Source: an uncultured archaeon (GTDB taxonomy: Archaea; Asgardarchaeota; Thorarchaeia; Thorarchaeales; Thorarchaeaceae). From it: a DNA stretch of 24,000 nucleotides. Under the pieces are notes generated by a model that worked only from the letters and a program-made list of their open reading frames with translations, did no database searches and was not told where the DNA came from. Positions within the stretch are counted from its first letter, which is position 1; each line of letters opens with the position of its first letter. The stretch is from assembly GCA_964558645.1 (NCBI GenBank), contig CAZLEV010000002.1, positions 41,193 to 65,192 on the forward strand, in the 5' to 3' direction. A program made the translations under genes and the position numbers. Shown here piece by piece: positions 22,633 to 24,000 of the stretch.

Positions 22633-24000
22633 CTAAAAGAACTGGTCAAGTGTGGTGAATCCCATGAGTTCTTCGAAGTCTATACCAACAGAATCCAGCA
22701 CCTGACCGAATACCGATCTCAACGTATCAATGTACTTGTCCTTGTCAATGAAATAGGTTCCCTCCTCGGCCAATTCAACGGGAAGGACGCCCTCGGGACC
22801 CTTAGTCTTGATGTATTCAACAATAGTTCCCGACGGCACCTCATAGCCTGCATCACGAAGCTGGATTGCAGCGCGGACATGCTGTGGTGTCGTCTTACCA
22901 TATTGTGCTATCTCCTTGGTCATCTGAACCCGGAAGGCCAGGTCTTCTGGGCTATACGGTTCAGTCTTCCCTTCAAGCCTATCAAGAACAACATTGACAA
23001 TCTCACGAATCTCGTCTTTTGCTGCTTTGAATCCCTCTCTGTTGTCAACACGGCTCAAAACATCGAGCATCTCTCTGAAGGCGTCTTGCACAAAGTCGGG
23101 AGTGTTACGTTTCTTTCCACTGAGACCCTTGACCTCAACATAACCCGAGTCGTAGACCCCGATGTAGTTCTTCTTTCGATCGGAGAGTGCAACATACTTG
23201 TAGGTCTTCTCTACCTCGAGATCTATACCCAGTTCATCTTGAGACCATTTGACAAGCTCAGCTTGTTGTTCAGAGGTCGGATTGTCCAGAAACACGGAGT
23301 CGGTGTCGCCATAGAGGACCCGAACGCCCATGGACTCTGCTTTCTCTTTCGTCCTGATAATTGCGTGTCGTCCATAAGCTGTGACGCTCTCGGCAGCGGG
23401 CATACAGAACAGCTCGAAATGCTGAGCTCCTGTGACCCCGTAGCTGTTGTGCACTACAATTCCATTGGTTGACACAAAGAGTCCATTTCCTGTTTCAAGG
23501 TCGTAAGTCTGCTCAGGGTCAGCTCTCCTCTCTATCGAGCGGATTCTCACGGTACGAGTGCCGTTGAAGTCAATCAATCCTCGCCCCGTTCGCTGGTACT
23601 TCAGCCCCTTCGTTTCGACAACACGATAGATAGATTCATCGCGATGCACGGATGCATGTCTTCCCAATGCTCCGAGGAGATACAGAATATCATGAGCCAG
23701 TTGCTTGCTAGAAGTGGTATATCGCCTATTACCACGGACATTGATGTTCCCATCACCCTTGAAGAACGATTCAAGGACAACTCGCGCTCTTCTTTCATCA
23801 AGCAGTCGAAGGGGAATGGATTTGCTCTTTGAGTAACTGCCACAAAGGTGCTCCATGATTGCTGCGAGTGTCTTCGAGTGAATGACATGGTCTTTCTTCG
23901 AATAGACGGCAAAGGGTAGGTCCATCCGTTGCAAGAGTGACCCAATCTCATTGAAGTAGACTGGATTGACTTCCTGATACTGTGAAATGGATACCCGATT
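22633..24000 (-). CDS. polB: Family-B DNA polymerase, C-terminal part, interrupted by an intein (the gene continues beyond the window)
   Basis: The frame is open through nt 24000, and the track start at 23934 is an internal TTG. Extein sequence: 'SYGVTGAQHFELFCMPAAESVTAYGR' (the tail of the region III/motif B KxxxNSxYG...SVT.GR signature) and 'YGDTDSVFL' (motif C), followed by the thumb domain. Intein sequence lies upstream. Confidence 0.92.
   Translation of the reverse strand, partial: NRVSISQYQEVNPVYFNEIGSLLQRMDLPFAVYSKKDHVIHSKTLAAIMEHLCGSYSKSKSIPLRLLDERRARVVLESFFKGDGNINVRGNRRYTTSSKQLAHDILYLLGALGRHASVHRDESIYRVVETKGLKYQRTGRGLIDFNGTRTVRIRSIERRADPEQTYDLETGNGLFVSTNGIVVHNSYGVTGAQHFELFCMPAAESVTAYGRHAIIRTKEKAESMGVRVLYGDTDSVFLDNPTSEQQAELVKWSQDELGIDLEVEKTYKYVALSDRKKNYIGVYDSGYVEVKGLSGKKRNTPDFVQDAFREMLDVLSRVDNREGFKAAKDEIREIVNVVLDRLEGKTEPYSPEDLAFRVQMTKEIAQYGKTTPQHVRAAIQLRDAGYEVPSGTIVEYIKTKGPEGVLPVELAEEGTYFIDKDKYIDTLRSVFGQVLDSVGIDFEELMGFTTLDQFF
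23446..24000 (-). mobile_element. Intein (C-terminal part) with a LAGLIDADG homing-endonuclease domain, inserted in motif B of PolB
   Basis: It ends 'TYDLETGNGLFVSTNGIVVHN|S': blocks F and G, the terminal His-Asn, and a +1 Ser (23443-23445). The LAGLIDADG-type motifs 'VLESFFKGDGNI' and 'ILYLLGALG' are present. The N-terminal splicing domain lies beyond nt 24000. Confidence 0.85.

Noticed and set aside
22615-23472. A 285-aa plus-strand ORF
   Set aside because: It is fully antisense to the PolB extein region, which carries unmistakable polymerase motifs. It is a shadow ORF.

Overview
This is a gene-dense archaeal chromosomal segment of roughly 50% GC by eye, almost entirely coding. I found no rRNA, tRNA, CRISPR array or transposase on either strand. 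Archaeal housekeeping genes are present: TFIIB-type factor TFB, ArgRS, archaeal/eukaryotic-type AspRS, a TldD/PmbA pair, a class-III aminotransferase, and a family-B DNA polymerase interrupted by an intein. Between them lie eukaryote-signature genes, which points to an Asgard archaeon. The composition and gene content look Thorarchaeia-like, but I cannot verify that without a database.

The centrepiece is a compact ESCRT locus at about 8.1-13.2 kb. It contains one Snf7/ESCRT-III gene, a divergently transcribed Vps4 (MIT + AAA) followed 3 nt later by a Vps25-like gene, and a convergent Vps22/EAP30-like gene. A 520-aa ORF abuts the ESCRT-III gene stop-to-stop. It combines six CxxC pairs (multi-zinc-ribbon, B-box-like), a long helical region and a GRAM/GLUE-like PH-type segment. 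I consider this ORF the best candidate for an undescribed ESCRT-associated component, possibly a stand-alone equivalent of the Vps36 GLUE module. No ESCRT-I gene, ubiquitin-system gene or second ESCRT-III paralogue is in the window.

Other notable items:
- a longin/roadblock-like protein
- a desulforedoxin-like mini-protein with a Cys-rich loop insertion
- an apparently orphan SPPY DNA methyltransferase with motif I ahead of motif IV
- a PD-(D/E)xK + wHTH protein
- three small 4-TM membrane proteins (two clear paralogues, one more distant) bracketing the aminotransferase
- an R/D-rich disordered protein with a C-terminal zinc ribbon
- several hairpin/T-tract terminators and promoter palindromes

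All functional calls rest on motif recognition by eye. No searches were run.
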